DNA of 64,000 nucleotides, taken from assembly GCA_902784345.1 (NCBI GenBank), contig CACZUD010000001.1, forward strand, positions 30,810-94,809. Direction: 5' to 3'. Positions 1-10,166 of this stretch are shown here, in pieces. The DNA comes from an uncultured Pseudomonadota bacterium (lineage in GTDB: Bacteria > Pseudomonadota > Alphaproteobacteria > Rs-D84). How positions within the stretch are numbered: the stretch's first letter is position 1; each line of letters opens with the position of its first letter. Below the pieces are notes generated by a model. That model was not told the DNA's origin. It made no database searches and was given only the letters and a program-made list of their open reading frames with translations. The translations under genes and the position numbers were made by a program.

Positions 1-720
1 ATCCTTGCAGATACACCGTTTTGAATCTGCATTCCAATCTTGCCCTGCGTTACAACAATCTATCGCTGCTTGGTTTCCTTTGTATTTTTGTTCACAAGTC
101 TTATCGCATTCTTCACATTCTTTAATACACTTACCGTTCTTATCGTCTAATTTATACCCATCTTTACATTTTGTTGGCTTACAAACAACCAATCTACCAG
201 GACGACAAATTACCTGCCAAGTCTTCACTGTATCAACATTGTTTTCTGTTTTGTTTAAACCACTACAATCAACAGTTGTTTTATTTGCAAAAGATTTTCC
301 TACACACAAGTCCCCCCATTTAGTTTCACAAGCCTCACAAGCTTCGCCTGCTTGTTCGACCCACATATCGTCTTGGAATAAATTAATGGTACACTTATAA
401 GTTTTCTGAGTGGGCACAACTTTTCCTTTAAAAACATGACCTGCCTTCAATGTAACTGTCTCACGATTAGGACACCCTGCAGAATTGATGGTGTCACACT
501 CAATGCCTTTACCATCACCACTGGTTTGATGATTACTGTTTTCATAACCTGACCTTGTTGAATCAAATTGGTCCCACGATTCATACAAAAATTCATCATC
601 GTCTGGATCTTGGAGTCCATCAAAACCAAGTGTTGAAGCACCACATGTTGCATAAGAAGCACTCATGCCACCCAAACAAGCTAAACAACAAACCAATGAA
701 AACAAAGCAAATTTTTTCAT
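1..720 (-). CDS. Cysteine-rich exported protein, 3'-partial (runs off the left edge of the window)
   Basis: Absent from the ORF track because there is no stop inside the window. Hand translation from the ATG at 720-718 gives MKKFALFSLVCCLACLGGMSASYATCGAST... and stays open for all 240 codons down to position 1. It has a signal-peptide-like N-terminus and many Cys. It contains CKPTKCKDGYKLDDKNGKC, the same module seen near 46.7 kb and 28.5 kb. Confidence 0.7.
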   Translation of the reverse strand, partial: MKKFALFSLVCCLACLGGMSASYATCGASTLGFDGLQDPDDDEFLYESWDQFDSTRSGYENSNHQTSGDGKGIECDTINSAGCPNRETVTLKAGHVFKGKVVPTQKTYKCTINLFQDDMWVEQAGEACEACETKWGDLCVGKSFANKTTVDCSGLNKTENNVDTVKTWQVICRPGRLVVCKPTKCKDGYKLDDKNGKCIKECEECDKTCEQKYKGNQAAIDCCNAGQDWNADSKRCICKD

Positions 721-795
721 ATTCTCTTCCTTTCCTTTAGAATTATTTCTGTATATATTTTATCACATTTACATACCCCATGCAAACGGTTTTTT

Positions 796-1013
796 AAACC
801 TCCCTCCCCGACTTCGTCGGTACTCCCCCCAAGGGGAGAATTAAAAAGTTTTCCTCCTGTGGAGGAGTACCCGCAGGGGGAGGTGGTCTTTGGGGCCAGA
901 TGCCGTAATTTCTTGAAAAGACCACCCCGGCGTTCCGCCACCCCTCCGCAGGAGGGGAATTTTTATTCTCCCCTTGGGGGGAGTACATCCGTCAGGACGG
1001 GAGGGAGGTTAAA
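796..1013. repeat. GC-rich composite palindromic element (four copies of a ~35-nt unit in alternating orientation)
   Basis: The left arm AAACCTCCCTCCCCGACTTCGTCGGTACTCCCCCCAAGGGGAGAA is nearly the reverse complement of the right arm TTCTCCCCTTGGGGGGAGTACATCCGTCAGGACGGGAGGGAGGTT. Two related inner units lie at ~855-885 and ~920-960. The element contains many CTCCCC-NN-GGGGAG type hairpins. It is sharply GC-rich compared with its flanks. Confidence 0.75.
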
Positions 1014-1713
1014 AATACCTATGTAAACTTTGACCGTTTTTGGAAAGCCATCTTTTCGCCCTTTCCACACCAAAACCATACAGTTCACCGACATTTGCCC
1101 AAAATTCTGGCGAATGGTCCATATGTTTCCTGTGTGATAATTCGTGCATCACAACATAGCGCATTACTTCATACGGTGCGAACGCCAATCGCCATGAAAA
1201 AGATATATGCCCATTTGAAGAACACGAACCCCAACGGGAAGATGTATCACGCAAAGTTATTCTTGTCGGCCAATATTCGTGTGGTGTCGTTTTGATTATT
1301 GCCTTGATTTCGCTTAGCAATTCCGCTTTGATACAATCACGAACACGCCTTTCAAACATATCTGCATCGCCACCAATACAAAGAACTGTTTTTTCTTCGT
1401 TCATATACTTATTAGAACGCATTGTACAATCGTGTGTTATACAAACATCGCGACCAAAAATCGAAATTATCATACCTGGTGCAATTTTTTCTTTTTGTGG
1501 CATTGCATTAAAAATATGTTCAACCCATTTGCGTTTAGATTCCAAAAAATTCATTACGAACTTGGTCGATGTTGTCCATGGCTTTGAAATATGAATCTCT
1601 TTTTTTGGCGATGTCTTTGGTCGCAGTGTTACATTACGCGCACCCCGCCTGTTTTCCACGACAACCGGCACAGATTCACCATTTGATAAAACGAAAATAT
1701 TTTCAGACGACAT
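1009..1713 (-). CDS. YgjP-like (DUF45) zinc metallohydrolase
   Basis: The segment RWGSCSSNGHISFSWRLAFAPYEVMRYVVMHELSHRKHMDHSPEFW matches the WGSC...HELxH...HSxxFW signature of the family. Its start overlaps the tkt stop by 1 nt. Confidence 0.8.
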   Translation of the reverse strand: MSSENIFVLSNGESVPVVVENRRGARNVTLRPKTSPKKEIHISKPWTTSTKFVMNFLESKRKWVEHIFNAMPQKEKIAPGMIISIFGRDVCITHDCTMRSNKYMNEEKTVLCIGGDADMFERRVRDCIKAELLSEIKAIIKTTPHEYWPTRITLRDTSSRWGSCSSNGHISFSWRLAFAPYEVMRYVVMHELSHRKHMDHSPEFWANVGELYGFGVERAKRWLSKNGQSLHRYF

Positions 1714-3485
1714 TACAAGTAATGTTTAATCTCTTTTATTATCTTGTCAACATCAAAACCGTATTCGCGATAAAGTGTTGCCCCATCACCAGATGCCCCG
1801 AATTTATCAATTCCAATCACAGCATCTGCAAATTCAAACCAAGGCGTTGCATTTGCAGCTTCGATTGCAATAACGCATCCGCGCAAAATTGATGATTTAT
1901 ATTTTGAATCTTGTTTTCTGAAATCGTTCACGTTCACAACGGATACGACCTGAACATTTTTAAAGCGCGATGCGATTTCAACCGCCAGAGGAACTTCACT
2001 GCCCGTTGCGATTATTGTTGTTTTAACACGCACAGATTGCGCCGGATAAATCACATATGCACCATGCGACAAATCTGAATCTGTTGGTGTTGGAATCTGT
2101 TTAAATTTCTGACGCGACAATATTATCGCAGACGGCGCATCCATATTCGCAATCGCACTGTTCCATGCGTGTGCAATCTCTGTCATATTACACGGACGAT
2201 ATACATTTAGATTTGGAATCAGGCGCAGTGATGGCAACTGTTCAATCGGCTGATGCGTTGGGCCGTCTTCGCCAAGTGCAATACTGTCATGCGAAAACAC
2301 ATATATATTCGGCAACCCAGACATCGCAGCGATTCGTATTGCCGGACGCATATAATCACTGAACACAAGGAAAGTCGAACCAACCGCGCGCAACCCATCA
2401 ACCGACAGTCCATTCATTATTGCTGCCATTGCATGTTCGCGCACACCATAGTTTATGAAATTGCCGTTGAAATTATTCGCGCTTATTTCTTTTGCAACGC
2501 TGGTTCTCACATTTGTATTATTTGATAAATCTGCCGAACCAATTATTAAATCTGCGCCCGACTTCATCAACAAATCAAGATATATTCCAGACAATTCACG
2601 AGTGGAAATACGTTCTGGAATTTTCGGAATACGCACGCGTTTAACCGCAACAGTGGCACACACAGGTTCGCCAATCGGGCGACGCTTTACAACGTTCCAT
2701 AAACGCAAACCATCTTCATTTGAATTCTTTGCAATTAACGACAACATTTCCGTTTCAGACAATGCAAAACCATGGGCAGAACTTTTGTTTGCCAAAGTTG
2801 ACGCGCGCCCCAAAACATTTTTACATTGAATAAACACCGGGTGGCTTGATTTTTCTGCACGATCCAATGCGTGTTCCAATGATTCTATATCGTTTCCACG
2901 CAAAGACATTACATTGAAACCCATCGAACGCATACGTGCATTTATATCAATGTCTGTTTGTGCCACACCATCAATAGATAATTTATTATCGTCCCACAAC
3001 ACTATTAAATTATTCAGATTATAACGACCCGCAAATGCCAGTGATTCAAAAGAAACACCTTCCATTAAATCGCCATCACTGCAAAGGCAAAATGTGCGCG
3101 CACGAATACCACGAATTTTTTGAGCAAGCGCCAAACCAACCGCATTACCGACACCCTGCCCCAGTGGCCCCGTTGTTGCATCGACACCATCAATTCCATA
3201 TTCTGGATGTCCCGGCAGACCGCCAAACTTTCTGAAAGAATTTAAATCACCAATTTTATAGCCAGCCAACTTTAAAACAGCATACAACATCGCACTGCCA
3301 TGACCAGACGACAAAACAAACCTGTCTATGCCACGACGCAAATGATTTGCATAAATTGCGGTTATTATCTCTGACGCGTCCAATATTATTCCAACGTGTC
3401 CACTTTGCGCAGATAACACAGCACCCAGCGCGCCTGCACGCACAGCATCAGACATCTGTTGTAATTGTTTGGCATTAAACTTCAT
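1713..3485 (-). CDS. tkt: Transketolase
   Basis: Motifs SGHVG, GPLGQGVGNAVGLALA, GDLMEGVSFES and HDSIALGEDGPTHQPIEQL are present. At 590 aa it is somewhat short for the family. Confidence 0.9.
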   Translation of the reverse strand: MKFNAKQLQQMSDAVRAGALGAVLSAQSGHVGIILDASEIITAIYANHLRRGIDRFVLSSGHGSAMLYAVLKLAGYKIGDLNSFRKFGGLPGHPEYGIDGVDATTGPLGQGVGNAVGLALAQKIRGIRARTFCLCSDGDLMEGVSFESLAFAGRYNLNNLIVLWDDNKLSIDGVAQTDIDINARMRSMGFNVMSLRGNDIESLEHALDRAEKSSHPVFIQCKNVLGRASTLANKSSAHGFALSETEMLSLIAKNSNEDGLRLWNVVKRRPIGEPVCATVAVKRVRIPKIPERISTRELSGIYLDLLMKSGADLIIGSADLSNNTNVRTSVAKEISANNFNGNFINYGVREHAMAAIMNGLSVDGLRAVGSTFLVFSDYMRPAIRIAAMSGLPNIYVFSHDSIALGEDGPTHQPIEQLPSLRLIPNLNVYRPCNMTEIAHAWNSAIANMDAPSAIILSRQKFKQIPTPTDSDLSHGAYVIYPAQSVRVKTTIIATGSEVPLAVEIASRFKNVQVVSVVNVNDFRKQDSKYKSSILRGCVIAIEAANATPWFEFADAVIGIDKFGASGDGATLYREYGFDVDKIIKEIKHYL

Positions 3486-3521
3486 TTTATGATATTATAT
3501 CACAAAAAGGACACGAATAAA

Positions 3522-3950
3522 ATGTTAAAAATTTGGACAGACGGCAGTTGTTTAGGCAATCCTGGCCCGGGGGGATGGGGATTTATTGCCACGAACGGAA
3601 CACAAGTTGCAGAAAGATGTGGTGGCGCAAAAAATACAACAAATAATCAAATGGAATTGACCGCCGTGATAAAGGCTTTAACTGCCGCACGCAAACACAA
3701 TGAAGTTGAAATTCACACAGACAGCCAATACGTCAAAAACGGTATGGAATCTTGGATAAAAAATTGGAAAAGAAACAATTGGCGAACCGCAGATAAAAAA
3801 CCAGTAAAAAATGTCGAACTTTGGCAACAATTGGACGAATTGGCTTCAAACATAAAAATTCATTGGGTTTGGGTCAAAGGACACGCAGGCGAAGAATTCA
3901 ATGAACGCGTTGATGATCTGGCACGAACTGCCGCAGAAAGTTTTAAATAA
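3522..3950 (+). CDS. rnhA: Ribonuclease HI
   Basis: The sequence MLKIWTDGSCLGNPGPGGWG...NNQMELTA...HTDSQYV...WVKGHAGEEFNERVDDLA carries the RNase H DEDD signature. I moved the start to the internal ATG at 3522, which is preceded by AAAAGGA. Confidence 0.9.
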   Translation: MLKIWTDGSCLGNPGPGGWGFIATNGTQVAERCGGAKNTTNNQMELTAVIKALTAARKHNEVEIHTDSQYVKNGMESWIKNWKRNNWRTADKKPVKNVELWQQLDELASNIKIHWVWVKGHAGEEFNERVDDLARTAAESFK

Positions 3951-3978
3951 AAAAACGCCAAACGGCGTTTTTTTATTT
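3951..3978. terminator. Bidirectional intrinsic terminator
   Basis: AAAAACGCC-AAAC-GGCGTTTTTTT hairpin with an A-run and a T-run, between convergent rnhA and the 3973..4719 gene. Confidence 0.7.
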
Positions 3979-4719
3979 TGTTTTTTGTTGTCTTTTCATT
4001 TGTTGATTATAAAAAATCCTTGATTGCGCATTCAATATTTTACACACATACAACGCATGCTCTTTTGTTAGGGGTGTATAAAGCGCTTCATCTTCAGAAA
4101 CAACCTTGGCATTTTTTTGACCGTTAAAATCTGATGACTTCATAAGTTTGTGAGAATAAGTCAAAAAGATAGTTCCTCCATTAGCCCCATTTTCATGTAC
4201 CTGAGTTATCACACGTGGTGTTGGACGATATGTAACATAAGGTTTTTTATCGTTTGGTGCAATTTTTTCAATCGTATAACAAACCAACCCAGGGGCCATA
4301 TTTGTTGTATGCGAAAAAATTTCCAGCCCGTTTAAACAATCATTCAAATCTTCAGAAATTTTTTGTACTCTTACGGGCAATTTTTTAGCTTTGACAACGT
4401 CTTCCCCGCTTTTAGAATTTGATAAAAACGCTTGCGTATTCACACCTTCGCAATCATAATTCTTGTCTATCAAATACTGCATAAAAGCCGCGCGGAATTT
4501 TTCAGAATCAAAATTTTCAATAAATTCATCGTTGTTTTCAACAAATTCTTCCAGTTCTTTTTGAACATTTTCCTGATTTAATTGTTTTTTCCCTTGATTT
4601 GATGGTTGGCTTTTTTGTTTGTTCTTGCTTACCAACTTAGCCAAAGGAACCAAACAACCAGCACACACCAAAGCAATTAAAACTTTAGTAAATTTAGATT
4701 TTAATTTTTTTACAGGCAT
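3973..4719 (-). CDS. Hypothetical membrane-anchored or exported protein
   Basis: 248-aa ORF with an N-terminal hydrophobic segment (VLIALVCAGCLVPLA). I recognise no family. Confidence 0.55.
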   Translation of the reverse strand: MPVKKLKSKFTKVLIALVCAGCLVPLAKLVSKNKQKSQPSNQGKKQLNQENVQKELEEFVENNDEFIENFDSEKFRAAFMQYLIDKNYDCEGVNTQAFLSNSKSGEDVVKAKKLPVRVQKISEDLNDCLNGLEIFSHTTNMAPGLVCYTIEKIAPNDKKPYVTYRPTPRVITQVHENGANGGTIFLTYSHKLMKSSDFNGQKNAKVVSEDEALYTPLTKEHALYVCKILNAQSRIFYNQQMKRQQKTK

Positions 4720-4775
4720 AACGACACATCCTTTAAGTTGTGTACATTCTCCCTACATCCCGCACGTCAAGTATA

Positions 4776-5435
4776 CTACCCTTTAAATCCAGTTGCAACA
4801 ATAAACATTTCAACGCTGTCTTTGCGCGAAGACGGTGGTTTTATGTAATGTACATTGTCAAAATGTTCTTTGATTTGTTTAACTAAATCGTTAGTTGTGC
4901 CACCGGTAAAAGATTTAGCAACAAAAGTTCCACCGACTTTCAATGCGCGCAATGCAAAATCCAGCGCATATTCCAACAAAACCATTTGACGAATATGGTC
5001 TGTCTTTTTATGTCCAACCGTATTTGGCGCCATATCAGACATAACCACATCAACCGTTCCTTGCCCCACTTCATCATGTGGCAGGTTCAGCTTTTCTTCA
5101 AGCCACTTCAGCGCTTCGTCACTTGTAAAATCGCCCTGATAAGTTTCAACATTATTTATTGGTTTTATTTCCAACAAATCCATTGCAAAAATCTTAGATT
5201 TTGGAAATTCACGTGCAACAAACTGTGACCAAGAACCAGGGGCTGCACCTAAATCAACAACGACCTGACCATTTTTAAAGAAATGATATTTTTCGTTCAT
5301 TTCTATAATTTTATACGCAGCCCGTGCACGATAGCCATCTTTTTGCGCACGCGCAACATATGGGTCGTGGGCTTGCCTTTGCAACCAAGCAACCGAAGAT
5401 TTATGTTGTGCAATTTTTTTATTTAATATTTTCAT
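4776..5435 (-). CDS. rlmE: 23S rRNA U2552 2'-O-ribose methyltransferase RlmE/FtsJ
   Basis: SSVAWLQRQAHDPYV...RARAAYKIIEMNEKY...VVDLGAAPGSWSQ is the typical FtsJ SAM-binding motif. Confidence 0.9.
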   Translation of the reverse strand: MKILNKKIAQHKSSVAWLQRQAHDPYVARAQKDGYRARAAYKIIEMNEKYHFFKNGQVVVDLGAAPGSWSQFVAREFPKSKIFAMDLLEIKPINNVETYQGDFTSDEALKWLEEKLNLPHDEVGQGTVDVVMSDMAPNTVGHKKTDHIRQMVLLEYALDFALRALKVGGTFVAKSFTGGTTNDLVKQIKEHFDNVHYIKPPSSRKDSVEMFIVATGFKG

Positions 5436-5793
5436 TTTTTTGTTTCAAAAGTTCTGCTTTGAAATCTTTTATTTTTTGTTCATTTATTTTTGCCAACATT
5501 TTCTTTCTGAATTTATTAGCAATTTTTAAGCGCGATTCAAACAAAGTATTGCGAAAACGATATTCAATGGTGGATATATCTTTTTCTGTTTCATATTCCA
5601 CAGAATGAATCGTGCCCCATTTGGCAAAAGGCGGATTTAAACTTTCTATGTTATTATCTTTATATACTTTTGATATGCAATCACCACGCACAGTAAGAAC
5701 CACCGCGGTTTCACCGGTATAATGACCTTGTTTATCAAAACATTCAGCGCAATATGATACAAAAATTGGTCTTGCTGTTTTATTTTTATACAT
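5419..5793 (-). CDS. Hypothetical protein
   Basis: 124-aa ORF lying between the M-domain gene and rlmE, overlapping the rlmE start by 17 nt. No recognisable family. Confidence 0.5.
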   Translation of the reverse strand: MYKNKTARPIFVSYCAECFDKQGHYTGETAVVLTVRGDCISKVYKDNNIESLNPPFAKWGTIHSVEYETEKDISTIEYRFRNTLFESRLKIANKFRKKMLAKINEQKIKDFKAELLKQKNENIK

Positions 5794-5801
5794 TATACAC
5801 C

Positions 5802-6305
5802 CTATTTATTACCCCCTGGAACTCCACCAGCTTGTTGCATGCGTTGCATAACGGCTTCCATTCCACCCATACGTTGAATCATCGCCATTTGACGTTTCAT
5901 ATTCAGATATTGTTTGATAATGTGTTCGACTTCACGAACAGTGCAACCCGCCTTTTCAGCAATACGCGCCTTGGCATTAGCAAATATTTTTTCAGGGTCG
6001 GCACGCTCTTCGGCTGTCATTGCTTCCAAAATTTTAATTTGGGCATCAACACTGCCATCTTTGATTTTTTCTTTCATTGCTGCCACAGCGCCAGACATAC
6101 CAGGAACCATTTTCAGCAGACCACTGAAATTGCTCATTTTTTTGATTTGTTTCAACTGGGCCAACATATCGTTCATATCAAATTGACCGGACATCATACG
6201 TTCCGCAGTTTCCTTCATACCCGCAGGCATTTTGGCTGCTTCTTTTTCCAAATCGATATTTTCTTGTGCTTCTTCTACTTTTTTCTTTTTTCCAAAACCA
6301 AACAT
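5802..6305 (-). CDS. Stand-alone SRP54/Ffh M-domain protein (no NG GTPase domain)
   Basis: GQFDMNDMLAQLKQIKKMSNFSGLLKMVPGMSG...ILEAMTAEERADPEKI...ARIAEKAGCTVREVEHIIKQYLNMKRQM aligns by eye with the Ffh M domain, including the Met-rich tail. AGGAGA lies 6 nt upstream of the ATG. The uvrA stop lies 32 nt upstream, so no G domain can be attached. Confidence 0.75.
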   Translation of the reverse strand: MFGFGKKKKVEEAQENIDLEKEAAKMPAGMKETAERMMSGQFDMNDMLAQLKQIKKMSNFSGLLKMVPGMSGAVAAMKEKIKDGSVDAQIKILEAMTAEERADPEKIFANAKARIAEKAGCTVREVEHIIKQYLNMKRQMAMIQRMGGMEAVMQRMQQAGGVPGGNK

Positions 6306-6337
6306 GTTCTTCTCCTGTTTTTAGTGTTTTTATTATG

Positions 6338-9196
6338 TTATTTGCTTTTTTTAGGTTTGTCCAGATACTTTTTCAGGTATTTACCTGTCAAAGATTCGCT
6401 GTTTTTCGCGATATCTTCTGGGGTTCCAACTGCGACAACTTGTCCGCCACCGGCACCACCATTTGGACCCAAATCTATAATCCAATCGGCTGTTTTAATA
6501 ACTTCCAGATTATGTTCAATTACGATTACTGTATTGCCTTGGTCAACCAATTCATGCAGAACAGAAAGCAGCGATTTTATATCTTCAAAATGAAGTCCCG
6601 TTGTTGGTTCATCCAAAATATAAATAGTTTGACCGGTACTGCGTGCTGCCAATTCTTTGGACAACTTTATTCTTTGCGCTTCACCACCTGACAAATCAAG
6701 TGAACTTTGTCCCAATTTGATATAATCCAGCCCGACGCGTTTTAACAATTCTAATTTACGTGCAATTTGTGGGACATTGATAAAGAATCTGTATGCTTCT
6801 TCAACGGTCATATTTAACACATCAGCAATCGATTTGCCTTTGTATTTAACCGCCAAAGTTTCATCGTTATATCTTTGTCCATGGCATTTATCACATTCAA
6901 CATAAATATCAGCCAAGAAATTCATTTCTATTTTAATTTGACCGTCGCCCTGACATGCTTCGCATCGCCCGCCTTTGACATTGAAAGAAAAACGACCCGC
7001 ATCATATCCGCGTGTTTTGGCTTCTGGTAAATTTGCATAAAAATCACGAATGTTATTAAACACACCGACATAGGTTGCCGGATTACTGCGCGGACTGCGT
7101 CCAATTGGTGATTGATCGATATCAACAACTTTATCTATGTTTTCAATACCAGTTATTACATCATGCGCCCCTGTTTCCAATTTGGAATTATAAAGCGCGC
7201 GCATAATTGCAGGATACAGAGTATTTAATAACAATGTCGATTTACCAGAACCTGAGACGCCAGTCAGCGCAATAAACTTACCCAATGGGAAATCAACACT
7301 TACATTTTTAAGATTGTTTTCACGCGCACCTTCTATGCGTATGGTTTTACCATTACCCGCCCTGCGCTTTTTAGGCACGTCTATTTTTCGTTTGCCTGAT
7401 AAATATTGTCCCGTCAAAGAATCAGGATTTTTTATAACTTCACTTGGTGTTCCGCACGCAATAACATTTCCGCCATTTATACCTGCGCCGCGACCAATAT
7501 CAACCAGATAGTCGGCCTCTCTCATCATGTCTTCATCATGTTCAACAACTATCACTGTGTTATCTTTGTCGCGCAACATCTTTAATGTTTCAATTAACTT
7601 ATCATTATCGCTTTGGTGCAAACCAATTGATGGCTCATCCAATACATACAAAACCCCAGACAAACCACTGCCGATTTGTGAAGCCAATCTTATACGCTGG
7701 GCTTCCCCACCAGAAAGTGTTCCCGCCATACGCGACATAGTCAAATATCCCAAACCAACATTTTGCAAGAAATATAAACGCGAAGTTATTTCACGCAACA
7801 CCATAGATGCGATTTCGTTTTCTTTTTGTGTTAAATGATTTGGCAAATCTTGGAACCAGCGCAAAGAATCATCAACCGACATTTCGCAGACATCCATAAT
7901 ATCGCAATTATTGATTTTGATACACAGTGCTTGAATATTTAATCTTTTACCATGACATACTGGGCACGGTATTTCAGATTGATATTTTGATAATTCTGTG
8001 CGTGTTGCTTCACTGTCAGATTCGCGCAATCTGCGTGTCAGGTTTGGTATTACGCCTTCAAAAGGCTTTTCATAAATATATCCGTTCCAATTTATCTTAA
8101 TCGGTTCATTGCCACTGCCATATAAAATTATTTCTTTATCTTTATCAGACAAAGCGTGCCAAGGTTTAGATAATGGAATCTTGTATTTTTTATGCAACGC
8201 GTCCATTATATTTTCATATTGGCTTAACATGCCACCGCGCGACCAAGGCGCAATCGCGCCACCCAAGATAGATTTCGAAGGGTCAGGTATAACCAAATCA
8301 GGTGAAATATTTAATTGAACACCCAAACCATCACATGCACTGCACGCACCCAATGGCGCATTAAAAGAAAACAATCTTGGTTCAATTTTTGGAACAGTAA
8401 AACCACTGACCGGGCAAGCATATTCTTGGGAATACAAAGAATCTTCGTTTGTATCTAATCTGCGCACAACAACCGACCCAGGAACAAGACGCAGGGACGC
8501 TTCAAACGAAGAATACAAACGCGATTTGAATTCATCTGCTTCATCACCAGTTAATTCTTCACTTGGCATTGCGACACGGTCGATAATAACCATTATGTTA
8601 TGCTTTTTATTTTTATCAAGCGGCGGCACAGAAGATAAATCATAAAGTGTTCCATCAACTATTGCACGTTGATAGCCTTGCTTTATCAAAAACGCGATTT
8701 CTTTTTTATATTCACCCTTGCGATCGCGAACCATTGGCGCCATTATAAAGAACTTTACACCCTTTGGAATTTTCAAAGTCCATTCCACCATTTCCGCAAT
8801 GGTCTGTGATTTAATTGGCAAACCAGTTACTGGCGAATACGGAACACCAATACGCGCCCAAAGCAAACGCAGATAATCATAAATTTCTGTTACTGTTCCA
8901 ACCGTAGAACGTGGATTACGTGAAGTAGTTTTTTGTTCAATAGAAATAGCCGGCGACAAACCTTCAATCAAATCAACATCTGGTTTTTTCTGCATATCTA
9001 AAAATTGACGCGCATACGAAGACAGAGATTCAACATATCTGCGTTGACCTTCGGCATAGATGGTATTAAACGCCAATGACGATTTACCCGAACCAGATAC
9101 GCCAGTCAACACCACCAATTTATTCTTTGGCAGGTCTAAATCAATATTTTTAAGATTATTTTCGCGTGCACCGCGAATTTTTATACTTCCGCTCAT
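6338..9196 (-). CDS. uvrA: Excinuclease ABC subunit A
   Basis: 952 aa with two ABC ATPase modules ([31 protein letters not shown] twice) and zinc-finger Cys clusters. Confidence 0.97.
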   Translation of the reverse strand: MSGSIKIRGARENNLKNIDLDLPKNKLVVLTGVSGSGKSSLAFNTIYAEGQRRYVESLSSYARQFLDMQKKPDVDLIEGLSPAISIEQKTTSRNPRSTVGTVTEIYDYLRLLWARIGVPYSPVTGLPIKSQTIAEMVEWTLKIPKGVKFFIMAPMVRDRKGEYKKEIAFLIKQGYQRAIVDGTLYDLSSVPPLDKNKKHNIMVIIDRVAMPSEELTGDEADEFKSRLYSSFEASLRLVPGSVVVRRLDTNEDSLYSQEYACPVSGFTVPKIEPRLFSFNAPLGACSACDGLGVQLNISPDLVIPDPSKSILGGAIAPWSRGGMLSQYENIMDALHKKYKIPLSKPWHALSDKDKEIILYGSGNEPIKINWNGYIYEKPFEGVIPNLTRRLRESDSEATRTELSKYQSEIPCPVCHGKRLNIQALCIKINNCDIMDVCEMSVDDSLRWFQDLPNHLTQKENEIASMVLREITSRLYFLQNVGLGYLTMSRMAGTLSGGEAQRIRLASQIGSGLSGVLYVLDEPSIGLHQSDNDKLIETLKMLRDKDNTVIVVEHDEDMMREADYLVDIGRGAGINGGNVIACGTPSEVIKNPDSLTGQYLSGKRKIDVPKKRRAGNGKTIRIEGARENNLKNVSVDFPLGKFIALTGVSGSGKSTLLLNTLYPAIMRALYNSKLETGAHDVITGIENIDKVVDIDQSPIGRSPRSNPATYVGVFNNIRDFYANLPEAKTRGYDAGRFSFNVKGGRCEACQGDGQIKIEMNFLADIYVECDKCHGQRYNDETLAVKYKGKSIADVLNMTVEEAYRFFINVPQIARKLELLKRVGLDYIKLGQSSLDLSGGEAQRIKLSKELAARSTGQTIYILDEPTTGLHFEDIKSLLSVLHELVDQGNTVIVIEHNLEVIKTADWIIDLGPNGGAGGGQVVAVGTPEDIAKNSESLTGKYLKKYLDKPKKSK

Positions 9197-9249
9197 AGTG
9201 AATATATAGTTAAATCGACGACAAAATCAATAGACAAGTAATAAGAAAC

Positions 9250-10119
9250 TTATTCTGCAAACCCAGTCGCTTTAAGCGCATCTGGTGCCATTGAAATTCC
9301 AGATTTCTTAGTATTTGCAGGTCCTAATTTCTTTAACAGTTGACCATCAACCCAAACATCAATTGCACCGACATTACCGAAAGTTGCTTTCAGCTTTTCT
9401 GAATCTGGCAAATAATACACATCACCTGGAACCAAGACACGCGAAAACACGCTGTTACCACGCGCATCATCTATACGCACCCAAGATTCTTTTTCTGCCT
9501 GTAATACGACACGTGAATTCGCCCAATCTTTCTTGTTTTTCACATCGAATTTTTCACGCACAGGATATCTGAAATCTGGTTCTTTAACGACATTTGCCAC
9601 AGTTTCAGTGGCAACAACACTTTCTTCAACTTTTTGTTCTGATTTGCCACCAAAAATTAACAACGACAATACGATGATAAATACCAACGCCGCAAAACCA
9701 GATGCAAACCAAACCCAATGTTTTTTCACATAATTAACCGCCGTTTTAAACCATTTAAAAATTATTTCTTTGTTTATTTTTATATTTTGTTTTTGTGGAT
9801 TGGAAGGAACTTCGTGATGTTCTTCTTCTTTTTCTTCTTTTGTGATACCCAATTCTTTTTTCAACTTTGAAATAACTTCATCAGGTTCCAATCCTAATTC
9901 AACAGCATAACTGCGTGCAAAACCCAAAATATACACATCTTCAGGAATCAAACGATAATTGCCTTCTTCCAGCGCAGTCAAAAATTCTTCTTTGATGCAA
10001 AGCAATTTTGCAATTGTTGATATTTCACGTTTTCTGCGACCAGTGGTACGAGCATTTTTCAGCATTTCGCCGGCTGTCATATCTGTTGGGTTTTCAATTG
10101 TTTCTTGTTGTTCGTTCAT
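9250..10119 (-). CDS. rodZ: RodZ-like cytoskeleton protein (HTH + TM + C-terminal domain)
   Basis: The sequence GEMLKNARTTGRRKREISTIAKLLCIKEEFLTALEEGNYRLIPEDVYILGFARSYAVELGL is followed by a TM segment (WVWFASGFAALVFIIVLSLLIF). I set the start at MNEQQ (10119), preceded by AAGGA. Confidence 0.7.
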   Translation of the reverse strand: MNEQQETIENPTDMTAGEMLKNARTTGRRKREISTIAKLLCIKEEFLTALEEGNYRLIPEDVYILGFARSYAVELGLEPDEVISKLKKELGITKEEKEEEHHEVPSNPQKQNIKINKEIIFKWFKTAVNYVKKHWVWFASGFAALVFIIVLSLLIFGGKSEQKVEESVVATETVANVVKEPDFRYPVREKFDVKNKKDWANSRVVLQAEKESWVRIDDARGNSVFSRVLVPGDVYYLPDSEKLKATFGNVGAIDVWVDGQLLKKLGPANTKKSGISMAPDALKATGFAE

Positions 10120-10166
10120 AGTAAAATCCTTTGCTACCGCTATGTTATGATAGAAATCGCCCAATG

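Noticed and set aside
5-740. Track ORFs 5..400 (+), 447..662 (-) and 555..740 (+)
   Set aside because: All three overlap a much better minus-strand reading frame (1..720) that has a signal peptide and family-specific Cys motifs. Their translations look like compositional noise.
717-988. ORFs 717..941 and 794..988 (-), encoding Pro/Gly-rich peptides
   Set aside because: They lie inside the GC-rich palindromic element. The open frames are a by-product of the GC-rich repeat, and they have no plausible start context.
5754-6691. Long plus-strand ORFs (279 aa and 141 aa) opposite the M-domain gene and the uvrA 3' end
   Set aside because: These are antisense shadow ORFs of strongly supported genes. 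Their translations are low in complexity.
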